NCBI GenBank assembly: GCA_963771885.1
Contig: CAVYVF010000002.1
Span: 256,001 to 320,000, forward strand
Direction: 5' to 3'
Origin: Candidatus Bathyarchaeota archaeon
GTDB taxonomy: Archaea > Thermoproteota > Bathyarchaeia > TCS64
DNA length: 64,000 nucleotides
The notes beneath the pieces were generated by a model. That model was not told the origin of the DNA, did not search any database, and saw only the letters and a program-made list of their open reading frames with translations. Made by a program: the position numbers and the translations under genes. Positions 27,939 to 37,794 of this stretch are shown here, in pieces; positions within the stretch are counted from its first letter, which is position 1; the number at the start of each line of letters is the position of its first letter.

Positions 27939-29657
27939 ATGATTGTGAGCGCCAACGCCGACGTCGCAGCAGTCCTCTACGAGATAGGGGAGATACTGAC
28001 AATCAAGGACGACAGGTTCAGGAGCCGCGCCTACCTGCTCGCCGCTCAGAGGATAACCAGCCTCACCGAGGATATTAGGAAGGTCAAGGAGAGGGGCGAG
28101 CTAGACAAGATACCCGGCGTGGGAAAGAGCATCGCAGCAACCATCGCAGAGGTGCTCGACACGGGGGAGTCCAAGGTCCTCGAGGAGTTGCGTGAGTCGC
28201 TGCCTCCGGGGGTGCGCCAGCTTATGGAGCTCGAAGGCATAGGCCCCAAGAACGCGATTCGACTCGTAGACGAGTTGAAGATTTCCTCCATAGACGACCT
28301 TGAGAAGGCGGCGAAGGAGGGGAGGATACGCGAGCTGAAGGGCTTCGGGGAAAAGAAGGAGCAGAACATCCTGCAGAGCATAGAGGACCTGCGCGGGCGC
28401 CAGTCCCGGTTCCTCCTCGGCGAAGTGCTGCCAGTCGTCGACGACATGCTGGCGTGGATGAGGGAGTCCCCAGCCGTCCTGAAGGCGGAGGTAGCGGGGA
28501 GCTATAGGCGCAGAAAGGAGACGATAGGAGACCTCGACCTTCTCGTCGCCTCGAACGACCCCGAAGCGGCGTCGGAGAGGTTCGTCTCGATGCCCCCCGT
28601 AGAGCGCATAGTAAGCCACGGCGCGACGAAGAGCACCGTATACCTGAAGAGGCACCTGCAGGTCGACTGTCGCGTCGTATCCCCCGAGGCATACGGCGCC
28701 GCCCTCCAGTACTTCACCGGTTCCAAGGACCACAACGTAAAGCTCCGCACAATCAGCGTTAAAATGGGCTACAAGCTCAACGAGTACGGCCTCTTTCGCC
28801 GCGAAGGCGACACCCTCGTCGCCTCGGAGACCGAGGAGGAGATATACATGGCACTGGGGATGGACTGGGTCGCCCCCGAGATCAGGGAGAACCGGGGTGA
28901 GATAGAGGCCGCGATGGAGCATAAGCTCCCCAAGCTCGTTAAGCTGGATGAGATCAAGGGCGACCTCCACTGCCACAGCAAGTGGAGCGAAGGCACGATG
29001 ACCATACGCGAGGTCGCCGAGAAGGCAAAGAGCCTCGGGCTAAGCTATGTCGCCATAACCGATCACTCGAAGAGCCTCGGCATAGCCCGGGGCCTCGACG
29101 AGAAGCGCCTCGCTGAGCAGGGCAAGGAGATAGACGCATTAAACAAGGAACTAGACGACTTCACAGTCCTCAAGGGGATTGAGTGTGACATAAAGGGGGA
29201 CGGCTCGATGGACCTCACTGACTCCGCCCTCGCCGACCTCGACTTCGTCGTCGGCAGTATTCACAGCGGCTTCAAGAACGACGAGGAGACGATGACGAGT
29301 CGGATGATCGCTGCTATCCAAAACGAACACGTTGACGCGATAGGGCACCCGACAGGACGTATAATTCAGAAGAGGAAACCCTACCCCCTCAACCTCGACA
29401 GGGTGGTCGAGGCCGCGGTGGCCCAGAGGGTCGTACTGGAGATAAACGCATTCCCGGAGCGCCTCGACCTCGACGACGTCTCATGCAGGAAGGCGATGGA
29501 GGCCGGTGCGCAGGTAAGCATAGGTACGGACGCACATGCATTGAACCAAATGGAGTTCCTTCCCCTCGGCGTCTCGGTGGCGCGGCGCGGCTGGCTCACG
29601 GTGAAGGATGTCCTGAACACGCTCACGGCTAGGGAACTTATTCGCCGCCGGGGATGA
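27939..29657 (+). CDS. polX: Family X DNA polymerase with PHP domain
   Basis: HhH IPGVG/LEGIG, AGSYRR, GDLD, YFTGSK, LNEYG, DLHCHS, ITDHS, GHPTGR, GTDAH. Confidence 0.95.
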   Translation: MIVSANADVAAVLYEIGEILTIKDDRFRSRAYLLAAQRITSLTEDIRKVKERGELDKIPGVGKSIAATIAEVLDTGESKVLEELRESLPPGVRQLMELEGIGPKNAIRLVDELKISSIDDLEKAAKEGRIRELKGFGEKKEQNILQSIEDLRGRQSRFLLGEVLPVVDDMLAWMRESPAVLKAEVAGSYRRRKETIGDLDLLVASNDPEAASERFVSMPPVERIVSHGATKSTVYLKRHLQVDCRVVSPEAYGAALQYFTGSKDHNVKLRTISVKMGYKLNEYGLFRREGDTLVASETEEEIYMALGMDWVAPEIRENRGEIEAAMEHKLPKLVKLDEIKGDLHCHSKWSEGTMTIREVAEKAKSLGLSYVAITDHSKSLGIARGLDEKRLAEQGKEIDALNKELDDFTVLKGIECDIKGDGSMDLTDSALADLDFVVGSIHSGFKNDEETMTSRMIAAIQNEHVDAIGHPTGRIIQKRKPYPLNLDRVVEAAVAQRVVLEINAFPERLDLDDVSCRKAMEAGAQVSIGTDAHALNQMEFLPLGVSVARRGWLTVKDVLNTLTARELIRRRG

Positions 29658-30303
29658 GGCTGTCGAGGATACTGAAGAGCCAGTCACGGCTCGGCGGCCA
29701 CGTCAGGGCAACGGAGAAGACTATGCTTCCGACGACGATCCCGACGCTTGCGAGCCAGCTACCAACGGCGCCGATTAGCAACTCGAAGACCCAGCCCCCA
29801 ACGTAGGCGCCGACACTATAGAGGACGGTCTTCCCCACTGCCTCTAGGGCGAGAAGCTTCGTGAGGGGCAGTCGCCTTGTGCCGGCGAGCATTACTACGG
29901 GCAGGTCGGGCAGCGGCGTCATGGCGACGACGAGGACCGCCCAGAGTCCATACTTCTTTATCCACTTGTCCACGAGTGCCTCCGACTTGCTCCCCGTCTT
30001 CTCAACGGTCTCCGCGACGCCGAGCCCGAGGAGGTAAGGAATAACGTCGCCTACCGCGCCGCCGAGCCCGGCGCATGTGCCAAGGATTATCGGGTGATAG
30101 AAAGGCGTGAGTGCGAGGAAAGCGGGGACAAATATATCACGCGCCACCATCGTGGCGTGGCTTAGCATAGACGCTGCGAAGATGCCGCCGAGGCCCATCG
30201 CCTCGAGGCGTGACGAGTCGGTGAAAAGGAGGAGAAGGAGGTATCCTGAGACAAGGGCGGTAGCGGCGACGCCTCCTATGGTCAGGATTGCCCTCTTGTT
30301 CAT
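29638..30303 (-). CDS. VTT/DedA (SNARE-associated) membrane protein
   Basis: GGAVGDVIPYLLG, TPLPD, VGK. Confidence 0.75.
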   Translation of the reverse strand: MNKRAILTIGGVAATALVSGYLLLLLFTDSSRLEAMGLGGIFAASMLSHATMVARDIFVPAFLALTPFYHPIILGTCAGLGGAVGDVIPYLLGLGVAETVEKTGSKSEALVDKWIKKYGLWAVLVVAMTPLPDLPVVMLAGTRRLPLTKLLALEAVGKTVLYSVGAYVGGWVFELLIGAVGSWLASVGIVVGSIVFSVALTWPPSRDWLFSILDSLIPGGE

Positions 30304-30404
30304 GGTGATCCACCCTTAAGGCTCCGGAATTGAAATGCTTTCCCCCAAGGTTAAAAACAGGGCCTCCAACGAAAACTTATAATGAAAAAAAAATGGTTTT
30401 TGGA

Positions 30405-31016
30405 TTAGAAGGGCTTGGCGAGTATCTCGTGTACCCGCAGTTCTCTGATCCTGTTTGAGGCTGCTGGGGTGACCACTATCGCGGTGTCCGCCCCGGCGTG
30501 ACTGCCACCGATGGCGATCACGGGCTTGTCGATGCCTATCGCGTCGCAGTCGGCGGCCATCATGGCGATCTCGACACCCACCTTCGTGCCTTGGCTGAAC
30601 TGGCGCAGCATGTTAGCGATGACGACGTTGAGTGGGGGAAGAAGGAAGGGGAGGCTCGCCTCTAGCTGCCCCTCCTTCTCGGGTCTCTGGCGGCTGACGC
30701 CGACGTCGACTCCGCCTGTCAGCACGTCGGTGCAGGTGACGACCTTGCCCGCCTCCTCCAGCTTCGCGTAGACGTCTGGTGGCATCATCTGCTTCCCCTT
30801 CTGGGGGTAGCCCGTCTGGTGCCTGACGAAGACGAGTTTGAGGCCGCTGTCCTTGAAGACCTCTATTGCCTTTAGTCCGGTGCCGCCGGTGGAGGTTGAG
30901 ATGACTATTGTGTCTATCTCCCTCTCTTTGGCGCCCGCTAAGGCGATTTTGAGGGTCTCCTCCGTGTGTTCTCTACCTCCCTTCTCGAATATGACCGTGG
31001 TTCTCTTCGTGCTCAT
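30405..31016 (-). CDS. Pyruvate kinase C-terminal-like domain protein (COG1751)
   Basis: STSTGGTG, LRQFSQGTKVGVEIAMMAAD, GADTA. Confidence 0.8.
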   Translation of the reverse strand: MSTKRTTVIFEKGGREHTEETLKIALAGAKEREIDTIVISTSTGGTGLKAIEVFKDSGLKLVFVRHQTGYPQKGKQMMPPDVYAKLEEAGKVVTCTDVLTGGVDVGVSRQRPEKEGQLEASLPFLLPPLNVVIANMLRQFSQGTKVGVEIAMMAADCDAIGIDKPVIAIGGSHAGADTAIVVTPAASNRIRELRVHEILAKPF

Positions 31017-31065
31017 GTCGATCACAGAATAGTGATTGAGAGATGACTGTCTGAGGTAATAAGCG

Positions 31066-32085
31066 TTAGAGGTGACTTTCCCTCTCCCCCACGATAGGGA
31101 TCGGGTTGCCGCAGAACCTGCACTTGTGTAGTTCGAGATTCCACTCCGTTATCTCGTAGCCTATGCGCCCGACGACCGTTTTCCCACACTTGGGGCATAG
31201 AGTGTCCTCGTAACCTTCCCCGGGGACGTTTCCGACGTAGACATAATGAAGACCCTCCGCCCTCGCGATATCGCGAGCGCGTAGCAGCGTCTCCACGGGC
31301 GTCGGTGGAAGGTGGCTGAACTTGTACTGAGGGTAGAAGCGGCTCAGGTGGAGGGGGACGTCTGGGCTCATCTTATCAACGATTCGGCGCGCCATGCCTC
31401 GGACCTCGTCGGCGCCATCGTTCGTCTCTGGTATTATGAGGAACGTGACCTCGACGTGCACGCCCCTCCTATACATCTCCTCAGTCGCATCGACGACACT
31501 CTGCAGGTCAGCGGAGCAGTGCTTCCTGTAGAACTCCTCGCTAAAGCCCTTCCAGTCCACGTTCGCCGCATCTATCACGTCGACTACCCTGCCCAGCGCC
31601 TCGAGGCTGACGTAGCCGTTGGTGACGAGGACGTTCTTTACGCCCTCCTTCTTGGCGAGGCGCGCCGTGTCTTCGACGAAGTCGAGGTTGATGAGAGGCT
31701 CGTTGTAGGTATAACTTATACTCGTACATCCTTGGCGCTTGGCTTCTCCGACGACGTACTCGGGGGACACACGCTTCAGGCCGCCGAACTTCGGGTCAGC
31801 GGTAGAGAGGTGCCAGTTCTGACACCAGGGGCACGTAAAACTACATCCGACGCTGCTTACACTGAGGCTGAGGCTACCCGGGTGAAAGTGGGCGAGTGGC
31901 TTCTTCTCTATGGGGTCTACAGCCATAGCACTGAGGAGGCCGTAAGTGAGGTTGACTATTGAGCCCTTCTGGTTCTCCTTAGTGCCGCAGAAGCCCCGCT
32001 GCCCCAGCTTGAGGGTGCACATACGTGGGCAGATTATGCAACGCGATGTCTCCTCGTCAACTCGCTCCTGATAACGGCTCTCCAT
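31066..32085 (-). CDS. amrS: AmmeMemoRadiSam system radical SAM enzyme
   Basis: DPIEKKPL.HFHPG, CSFTCPWCQN, SYTYNEP, PLHLSRF, YVYVGN. Confidence 0.9.
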   Translation of the reverse strand: MESRYQERVDEETSRCIICPRMCTLKLGQRGFCGTKENQKGSIVNLTYGLLSAMAVDPIEKKPLAHFHPGSLSLSVSSVGCSFTCPWCQNWHLSTADPKFGGLKRVSPEYVVGEAKRQGCTSISYTYNEPLINLDFVEDTARLAKKEGVKNVLVTNGYVSLEALGRVVDVIDAANVDWKGFSEEFYRKHCSADLQSVVDATEEMYRRGVHVEVTFLIIPETNDGADEVRGMARRIVDKMSPDVPLHLSRFYPQYKFSHLPPTPVETLLRARDIARAEGLHYVYVGNVPGEGYEDTLCPKCGKTVVGRIGYEITEWNLELHKCRFCGNPIPIVGERESHL

Positions 32086-32122
32086 GGGTGATCCCCTGGA
32101 GAGGGAATGGGATAAAACTTGC

Positions 32123-32824
32123 CTAGAAATGCTTGACTATCTCGTCGGCGCCGAGCTTTCTGAAGTTCTTGTCTTCGGTCGTGATGACGGCGGCGTTGAC
32201 ATTCTCTGCCTTGAGTCCGTTTGAGTAAGCCACCTTCAGGCTCTCCACCGCGAGGGCGACGGCGTCGTCAAGGCCTATGTCCGCCTTGTACTCCTTCTCG
32301 AGGAGCTCCTTCGCCTTCTCACTGTTCATGCCGAGCGCCGCCGCCTTGTAACCGCGGTAGCTGCCGCTCGGGTCCGTCGTGATTAGGCGGGGACCTGACG
32401 AGTCCACGCCTGCCACAATCATGCTTACACCAAACGGGCGGACGCCCGCATTCTGAGTGTACTGCTGAAGGGTATCACCTATGCTACTGACAAGCGCCTC
32501 GATACCGATCGGCTCATCATACGTCATCCTGTGGCTCTGACAAGCATAACGCGCCTCGCGCACGAGTACGCGTGCGTCCGGGCTAAGACCCGCTATGACC
32601 GCGGCCACGTGCGTGTCAAACTCGAATAGCTTCTTGCTGAAGCGGGGGTCCTCGAGGTTGTTCTGGAGTATCTCCACGGCGGCAAGGGCTACGCCCTCCT
32701 TGGAGATGACGCCGGCGACCGGTGCCCCACGCTTCACAAGTTCTAAAGCGTACTCGACCTGATAGATGCGCCCCTCCGGGGAGAAGATCGTGATAGCCTC
32801 GTCATACTCTCTTCCACGTGACAT
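32123..32824 (-). CDS. psmA: 20S proteasome alpha subunit
   Basis: YDEAITIFSPEGRIYQVEYA, YTQNAGVRPFGVS, TDPSG. Confidence 0.92.
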   Translation of the reverse strand: MSRGREYDEAITIFSPEGRIYQVEYALELVKRGAPVAGVISKEGVALAAVEILQNNLEDPRFSKKLFEFDTHVAAVIAGLSPDARVLVREARYACQSHRMTYDEPIGIEALVSSIGDTLQQYTQNAGVRPFGVSMIVAGVDSSGPRLITTDPSGSYRGYKAAALGMNSEKAKELLEKEYKADIGLDDAVALAVESLKVAYSNGLKAENVNAAVITTEDKNFRKLGADEIVKHF

Positions 32825-32944
32825 ATACTTAGCCCCTGCCTGCTTATCGATAAGGTGGCGGATATTTAAACCTCAGGCTCGAGCCACGCAAACACACACA
32901 CGCGTAAAAAGTGAATAAGGGTACACAATCTCATACAAGGTAGA

Positions 32945-33439
32945 CTACTTCGCCATCTTCTCAAGCTCAGCCGATGTGAGACGGAACGTAGTCCACCCCT
33001 CCATCGCTTTCGCCCCGAGCCTGAAGTAGAACTGCCTGCTTGGCTCGTTCCAGTCGAGGCAAGTCCACTCCATCCGCGCGCACCCCTTCTCCAGCGCGAT
33101 CTTCGCCAACCTGCCCAGGAGCGCCGAGCCAACACCGCTACCACGGAGTTCCTCTGGTACGAACACGTCCTCGAGCCAGAGCGTCGGACGACCAGTCCAC
33201 GTGCTAAAAGTGAAATAGTAAAGGGCGAACCCGACGTATTCGGGCCCCTCCTTCCCCGTATTCTCCGCGAGCAGCACCTTGAAAATGGAGTCTGGTCCCC
33301 ATCCCCACTTCTCGAAGTCGCCGTGTGTCCCGACGAAGCTCTCCGGCGACTTCTCGTAGACGGCGAGCTGCCTCGCTAGGTCCATTATGGTTGGGATGTC
33401 CTTCTTGGTTGCTTCCCTGATCCCGAAGCTGACCTTCAT
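32945..33439 (-). CDS. GNAT N-acetyltransferase (diamine acetyltransferase-like)
   Basis: LAVYEK, FSTWTG..LWLED, RGSGVG, LDWNEPS..FY. Confidence 0.85.
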   Translation of the reverse strand: MKVSFGIREATKKDIPTIMDLARQLAVYEKSPESFVGTHGDFEKWGWGPDSIFKVLLAENTGKEGPEYVGFALYYFTFSTWTGRPTLWLEDVFVPEELRGSGVGSALLGRLAKIALEKGCARMEWTCLDWNEPSRQFYFRLGAKAMEGWTTFRLTSAELEKMAK

Positions 33440-33475
33440 GGGTGAAATCGACGTGGCAACCCGTTAAGAGGGTTT

Positions 33476-34351
33476 CTAGGCAACCTCACCACGTGCCACC
33501 ATCACGACCTTGCCGCCGACGCGCACGTCGATGCCCACTTTTGCCTCCTCAGCGCGTAGATAGAGTATACTTGGGCGGCTGATCTCCGCCCCCTGTTCGA
33601 CGCGCACATCAATCTTCGCTGAGCCGAAGTACCTGTGCTTTACTAGGTACCCCGCTAGGCACCCGTTGGCGCTCCCAGTAGCCGGGTCCTCCGTCCAGTC
33701 TGTCACCATCCTCGCCTTGAGATGGTTGCCCTTAGCCTCTGGCTCGGGGCAGAATAGTAGGGGCCACTTCGCCTTGTTGTTCATCGAGTACGCCTTGAAT
33801 GCCTCAACGTTCAGCTTAATCCTCTTCAGCGCCTCACGCTTCTTGAGGGGTATCATATAGAACCAGACCCCGGTAGAGACCTCTTGTATCGGGAACCTTG
33901 TGTCGATGTCAGATGCCTTGAGCCCGAACATGGGGGCGATATCCTCTGCTCTGTGGATGGCGCCGAACTCGGGGTTGAGCTGCTTCATCCAGAGAAGTGT
34001 CTTCCCATCCTCTGCCGTCTGGAACGACACCGGGATTAACCCCGCCTTCAGGTCTAGTGTCAGGTCGGGAATGTCCTTCTTGATTATCTCCTTCGCTGCC
34101 ACGTAGGCGGTGCCGAGCGTCGGGTGTCCAGCAAACGGGAGCTCCCCCACCGGGGTGAAGATGCGGACCTTGAAGATCCGCTTCTCGACATCCGACTCGG
34201 TGACGAATGTGCTCTCGCTGAAATTCATCTCTCTTGTGAACTTTTGCATCTGCTCAGACGACCAGCCCTCTTTATCGACGACAACAGCGAGCTGGTTTCC
34301 CTCTAACTTCGCCTCAGCGAAGACATCCACTATGAAAAGCGCGTTACCCAA
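33476..34351 (-). CDS. PhzF family isomerase/epimerase
   Basis: VDVF..GNQLAV, NFSESTF, ELPFAGHPT, EDPATGSA. Confidence 0.92.
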   Translation of the reverse strand: MGNALFIVDVFAEAKLEGNQLAVVVDKEGWSSEQMQKFTREMNFSESTFVTESDVEKRIFKVRIFTPVGELPFAGHPTLGTAYVAAKEIIKKDIPDLTLDLKAGLIPVSFQTAEDGKTLLWMKQLNPEFGAIHRAEDIAPMFGLKASDIDTRFPIQEVSTGVWFYMIPLKKREALKRIKLNVEAFKAYSMNNKAKWPLLFCPEPEAKGNHLKARMVTDWTEDPATGSANGCLAGYLVKHRYFGSAKIDVRVEQGAEISRPSILYLRAEEAKVGIDVRVGGKVVMVARGEVA

Positions 34352-34402
34352 TGCGATCCGATGATAAAGACGCCTGAGCTTATTTGAGGTATGCGCGCCT
34401 CA

Positions 34403-34807
34403 TCATTCTACCGCGTGCTCGACACTCCGGGCGAGGTTCTCAAAGTGGGAGAGGTCCCCTTTCTTCCTGATATAGTAGTTGACGCCTGCAGCGAGCGCCG
34501 CGTTGGCTACGATCTCGCTGTCCCACGCGGTGTAGATGATGAACGGTATATTGCTCGTCTTCCTTATCTCGATGCAGAGTTCTATGCCAGACATCTCCGG
34601 CATTTTATAGTCTGATACTATACAGTCGAAGTCCTGCTTCTTTAGCAGCGATAGCGCCTCTCTAGGCGCCGACACGGTCGTGACGTCGAGCGAAGCCTTC
34701 TTGAGGTTGAGCTTGACAATCTCGGCGTTGTCCTTCTCATCGTCGATGAATAGGATGCGTATTGCCTTCTTCGCGTTTCCCTTTTTCTCAGGCAAGATGC
34801 GCGCCAC
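34403..34807 (-). CDS. Stand-alone response regulator receiver
   Basis: IDDE, SDYKMPEMSG, YT, YIRK. Confidence 0.88.
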   Translation of the reverse strand: MARILPEKKGNAKKAIRILFIDDEKDNAEIVKLNLKKASLDVTTVSAPREALSLLKKQDFDCIVSDYKMPEMSGIELCIEIRKTSNIPFIIYTAWDSEIVANAALAAGVNYYIRKKGDLSHFENLARSVEHAVE

Positions 34808-34866
34808 CTAGACTGGAGTACTATGGAGTTGCGGTGAGTAGTTAAGGATTAATAACTCGACGAGGA

Positions 34867-35412
34867 CTAGAAGAATATCCCCGGGCGGACCGTGTCGTGG
34901 TAAACCCAGTTCTTCTGGGCTACCGGCTTTGCAGACGACATCTTTAACTTTCCCTCCTCGAGGCAGTCGACGTCGATGCTCACCGCGACGACCTCGCCAA
35001 CGAAAATTGTGTGGTCGCCGCAAGTCACTCTGTTTACGACCTCGCACTCCATGTGCCCGTAGCACTCTTCGATGATGGGCGGGCGGACTTTCTGAGCTGG
35101 CTTCGGGGTGAGCCCCGCCTCGACCCACTTGTCGACGTCTCTCCCTGATTTGACGCCGCAGACGTGCGTCTTAGCCGCGACGTCGAAGCCGGGGGAGTTG
35201 ACGACGAACTCCCCCTGCTCCGCGATGAGGTCGTGGCTGTACCTCTTCGGGCTGACTCCTATAACGACCTGGGGTGGGTCGTGGCTAATCGGCATATACA
35301 TGCCCAGTGTGATTATGTTCGGCTTTCCATCTTCGTCAACGCAGGTGACGAGCACGACTGGGGCGATGGGCCCCGCTTGGCTGTACCTGAGCCTAGGGAG
35401 ACTCGTCTTCAT
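34867..35412 (-). CDS. Flavin reductase-like protein (COG1853)
   Basis: PVVLVT, GEFVVN, SGRDVDK, GDHTIFVGEV. Confidence 0.9.
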   Translation of the reverse strand: MKTSLPRLRYSQAGPIAPVVLVTCVDEDGKPNIITLGMYMPISHDPPQVVIGVSPKRYSHDLIAEQGEFVVNSPGFDVAAKTHVCGVKSGRDVDKWVEAGLTPKPAQKVRPPIIEECYGHMECEVVNRVTCGDHTIFVGEVVAVSIDVDCLEEGKLKMSSAKPVAQKNWVYHDTVRPGIFF

Positions 35413-35560
35413 GATTCTCATCTTTCCTGATGGCCTCACCGCATCTGCGGCATTTCTTCACTTCCTCGGTTCCTTGGAGCTCTCCCCACATGCTGTAGAT
35501 TGTCATCATGTCGTCGTCGAACTCCTCGGAGCCGCACTTGGGGCACCTGAGTTTGCTCAT
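35393..35560 (-). CDS. 55-aa CPxCG zinc-ribbon microprotein (not in ORF track)
   Basis: Manual translation MSKLRCPKCGSEEFDDDMMTIYSMWGELQGTEEVKKCRRCGEAIRKDENHEDESP. Confidence 0.75.
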   Translation of the reverse strand: MSKLRCPKCGSEEFDDDMMTIYSMWGELQGTEEVKKCRRCGEAIRKDENHEDESP

Positions 35561-35592
35561 GCTTGGGGAGAACGCGCGCCGGGATTAAAAGC

Positions 35593-36911
35593 CTAGTCAG
35601 AGTGCCACGGCTTGACTGGCGCTGAGGGGGCGCCGCTTTTCTCCTTCCCGTACCTCTTGAAGGGCTTGGTCAGGTGCCTCTCCGCCCTCGGCGGTGGGAG
35701 ATACACGCCCAATTTCAGGTCCCTCGGGATCTCCTCGTTGACCCTGACCATCTCGGCGCCCCTGTATCCGCACCTCTTGCAGCGGAGCCCCTGTCCGCGT
35801 CCCATCGACTCCGTCGATCCGCTGCACGATGGGCACCTAGGGTTCACGAGCCTATGCTCGATTGCCAGCGACAGGACCTCAAGGCGTTCGAGGTTGAGAG
35901 TGAGTCCCCCCTCCAGCTCCCTGACTCCGCCGGCGACCCTGACCTCGTCCTCCTTCCTTGAGCCTCGACACGGTCTCCCTGAAGCCCCCTGAGGGCTCGT
36001 AGGCTGCGCAGTCAACACTCCCCAGATCTATCCCTGATAGTGAAGATGACGTGACCGCCCTCGATGACCTCGAGCCCGCCCTCAACAGACCCAGTTACAA
36101 TCGAAGGGATTCTGGGTTTCAGTTTGGAGATCGGGTAACTGCGGTTTAGATGAGCGTCCGTCCCCTGGTTCGTCCTGAATATGCACCAACTCTCAACGGG
36201 CTCGCCGACCTCGATCATTTTCATGGCGCCGAATACGGATTCCGGGGTCTCGCCCCTAACACCATAGAGGACGGGGTCGGGTCCACGCGGCGCAATGAGC
36301 ATCTGCGCCGTCTCGGTGTCGACGCTGTTGAACGTCTCGGGAATGGACGCTTCTACCCTCCTCACGGAGTCCGCGTTGACTAGCCTTTTCTTTCCCCTGT
36401 TTTCGTGGACCCTGTAGGTGAGCAGTTCGTAGGTATGATCGCCCTCAAGGGTGCCGCCGATAGCAGCGAGCGCCCCGATGATCCCACGCCTGTTCTTCCA
36501 GCCCACAGCTCCGGCGCAGTGTTCGGTAATCAGCCTCTCCGCGTCCTTAAGGTGGACGATCGTCTGCACGACCTCGTCGTGGAACGCCTTGAGCTCTCTC
36601 GGGATCTCGCCGATGTGGAAAACGACGCCCGGGTTCGTGTTCTCACACTCGAACTCGGCGCCCGCCTCGATACCTTCGACGATAAGTCTCTTTATCTCCG
36701 CCTCCTTCACTTCCGGAGCCTCGATCCTGAGGCAGACTGAGCCATTCCCACGGGTCTTCCAAGGCGCGTTCGGGTTCAGCCTGAGGAGGTTCGGGTAGTC
36801 GATGAACCTGCACCCAATTGCCTCCAGCCGCCCCACTAATAGCATTCCGACGTACGTTGTGCACCCTCCCTCGGGGGAGTCCGTGTCGTCGATGCCGATG
36901 TGGAGTAGCAC
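35593..36911 (-). CDS. tiaS: tRNA(Ile2) agmatidine synthetase (two frameshifts, near 36021 and 35950)
   Basis: GIDDTDS..GCTT, LNPNAPWKTRGN, GPDPVLYG, TNQGTDAH, CAAYEP, CPSC..CKRC, RHLTKP. Confidence 0.92.
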
Positions 36912-36978
36912 GTGGGTTCGCTTCCCCTGATGGTTAAAGCTCTATAAAGGTTGTCCGTGGATACCTTCTACGAGTTCA

Positions 36979-37461
36979 TTGCGGCTCATAGGGCGCGTAG
37001 ACAAGCTCAAGCAGGCGCGGGTAGAGGGGTACATAAGGTACGCGCCGAACTGGGACAATCATCCCATCACGTTCCTCGTCGACACCGGGGCGAGCAACTC
37101 ATGCATACTCCCCGATGATGTCCTAAAACTCAACTTAGATAGCAGCACTCTCCAGACGGTGACGAAGACTATCGTCACCGCGAACGGCCCAGTCAACCTC
37201 AAAGTCATAAAGAACGCCGAGATAGTCCTTCCCGTCTTCATCGGGCTCCTCGATAACAAGAAAGCCTACATCAGCTTCCCAATGGACAACCTGCCGGTCC
37301 TTCCACCCTCTCCCAACTACGCTCCTCTCCCGAAGGTGCTAGTATTCAGCATACTCGGCATGGACGTCCTGAGCCACTTCCCTCGGTGGAGCTTTGGGAA
37401 AGAACGCCTAGTTATGGAAAATGAGGAGGTTGTGGGGTTGAAAATGAGCTTTAAACTCTGA
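36979..37461 (+). CDS. Single-domain retropepsin-like (clan AA) aspartic protease
   Basis: FLVDTGAS and ILGMDVL. Confidence 0.8.
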   Translation: MRLIGRVDKLKQARVEGYIRYAPNWDNHPITFLVDTGASNSCILPDDVLKLNLDSSTLQTVTKTIVTANGPVNLKVIKNAEIVLPVFIGLLDNKKAYISFPMDNLPVLPPSPNYAPLPKVLVFSILGMDVLSHFPRWSFGKERLVMENEEVVGLKMSFKL

Positions 37462-37478
37462 AAAGAAGGACCGCTGTC

Positions 37479-37715
37479 TTAGACAACTATCATCGTCAGC
37501 GTGCTGCGTACTTTGTCAAGGCGCCTTATCTTCCAGCTAATTATATCCTTGAGCTCCTGCATGGTATCAGTCTCGATGCGTGCAATGATGTCGTAGACGC
37601 CGTAAACCATGTGCGCCTCCTTGACCTCTTTAATCTCCTTGAGGCCCTTCAGCACCTCGGTCTCCGCGCCGATCTCCGCGTTGATCAACACGAACGCCGT
37701 CGCCAATTTAGTCAC
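37479..37715 (-). CDS. Lrp/AsnC ligand-binding (stand-alone RAM) protein
   Basis: AFVLIN..VYGVYDII..IRRLDKVRSTLTMI; start uncertain (GTG 37715 or TTG 37706). Confidence 0.85.
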   Translation of the reverse strand: MTKLATAFVLINAEIGAETEVLKGLKEIKEVKEAHMVYGVYDIIARIETDTMQELKDIISWKIRRLDKVRSTLTMIVV

Positions 37716-37794
37716 CGGTATCTCAATGGTATGATGATATTTAAAACTACAGTTGTAATGTAGAGTAGCTGTTCGGTGGACGGGTGTAATCTGG

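Noticed and set aside
35593..36911. tiaS as a true pseudogene or selenoprotein (TGA at 36012)
   Set aside because: Homology continues in a shifted frame, not through the TGA; the gene is normally essential, so error is more likely
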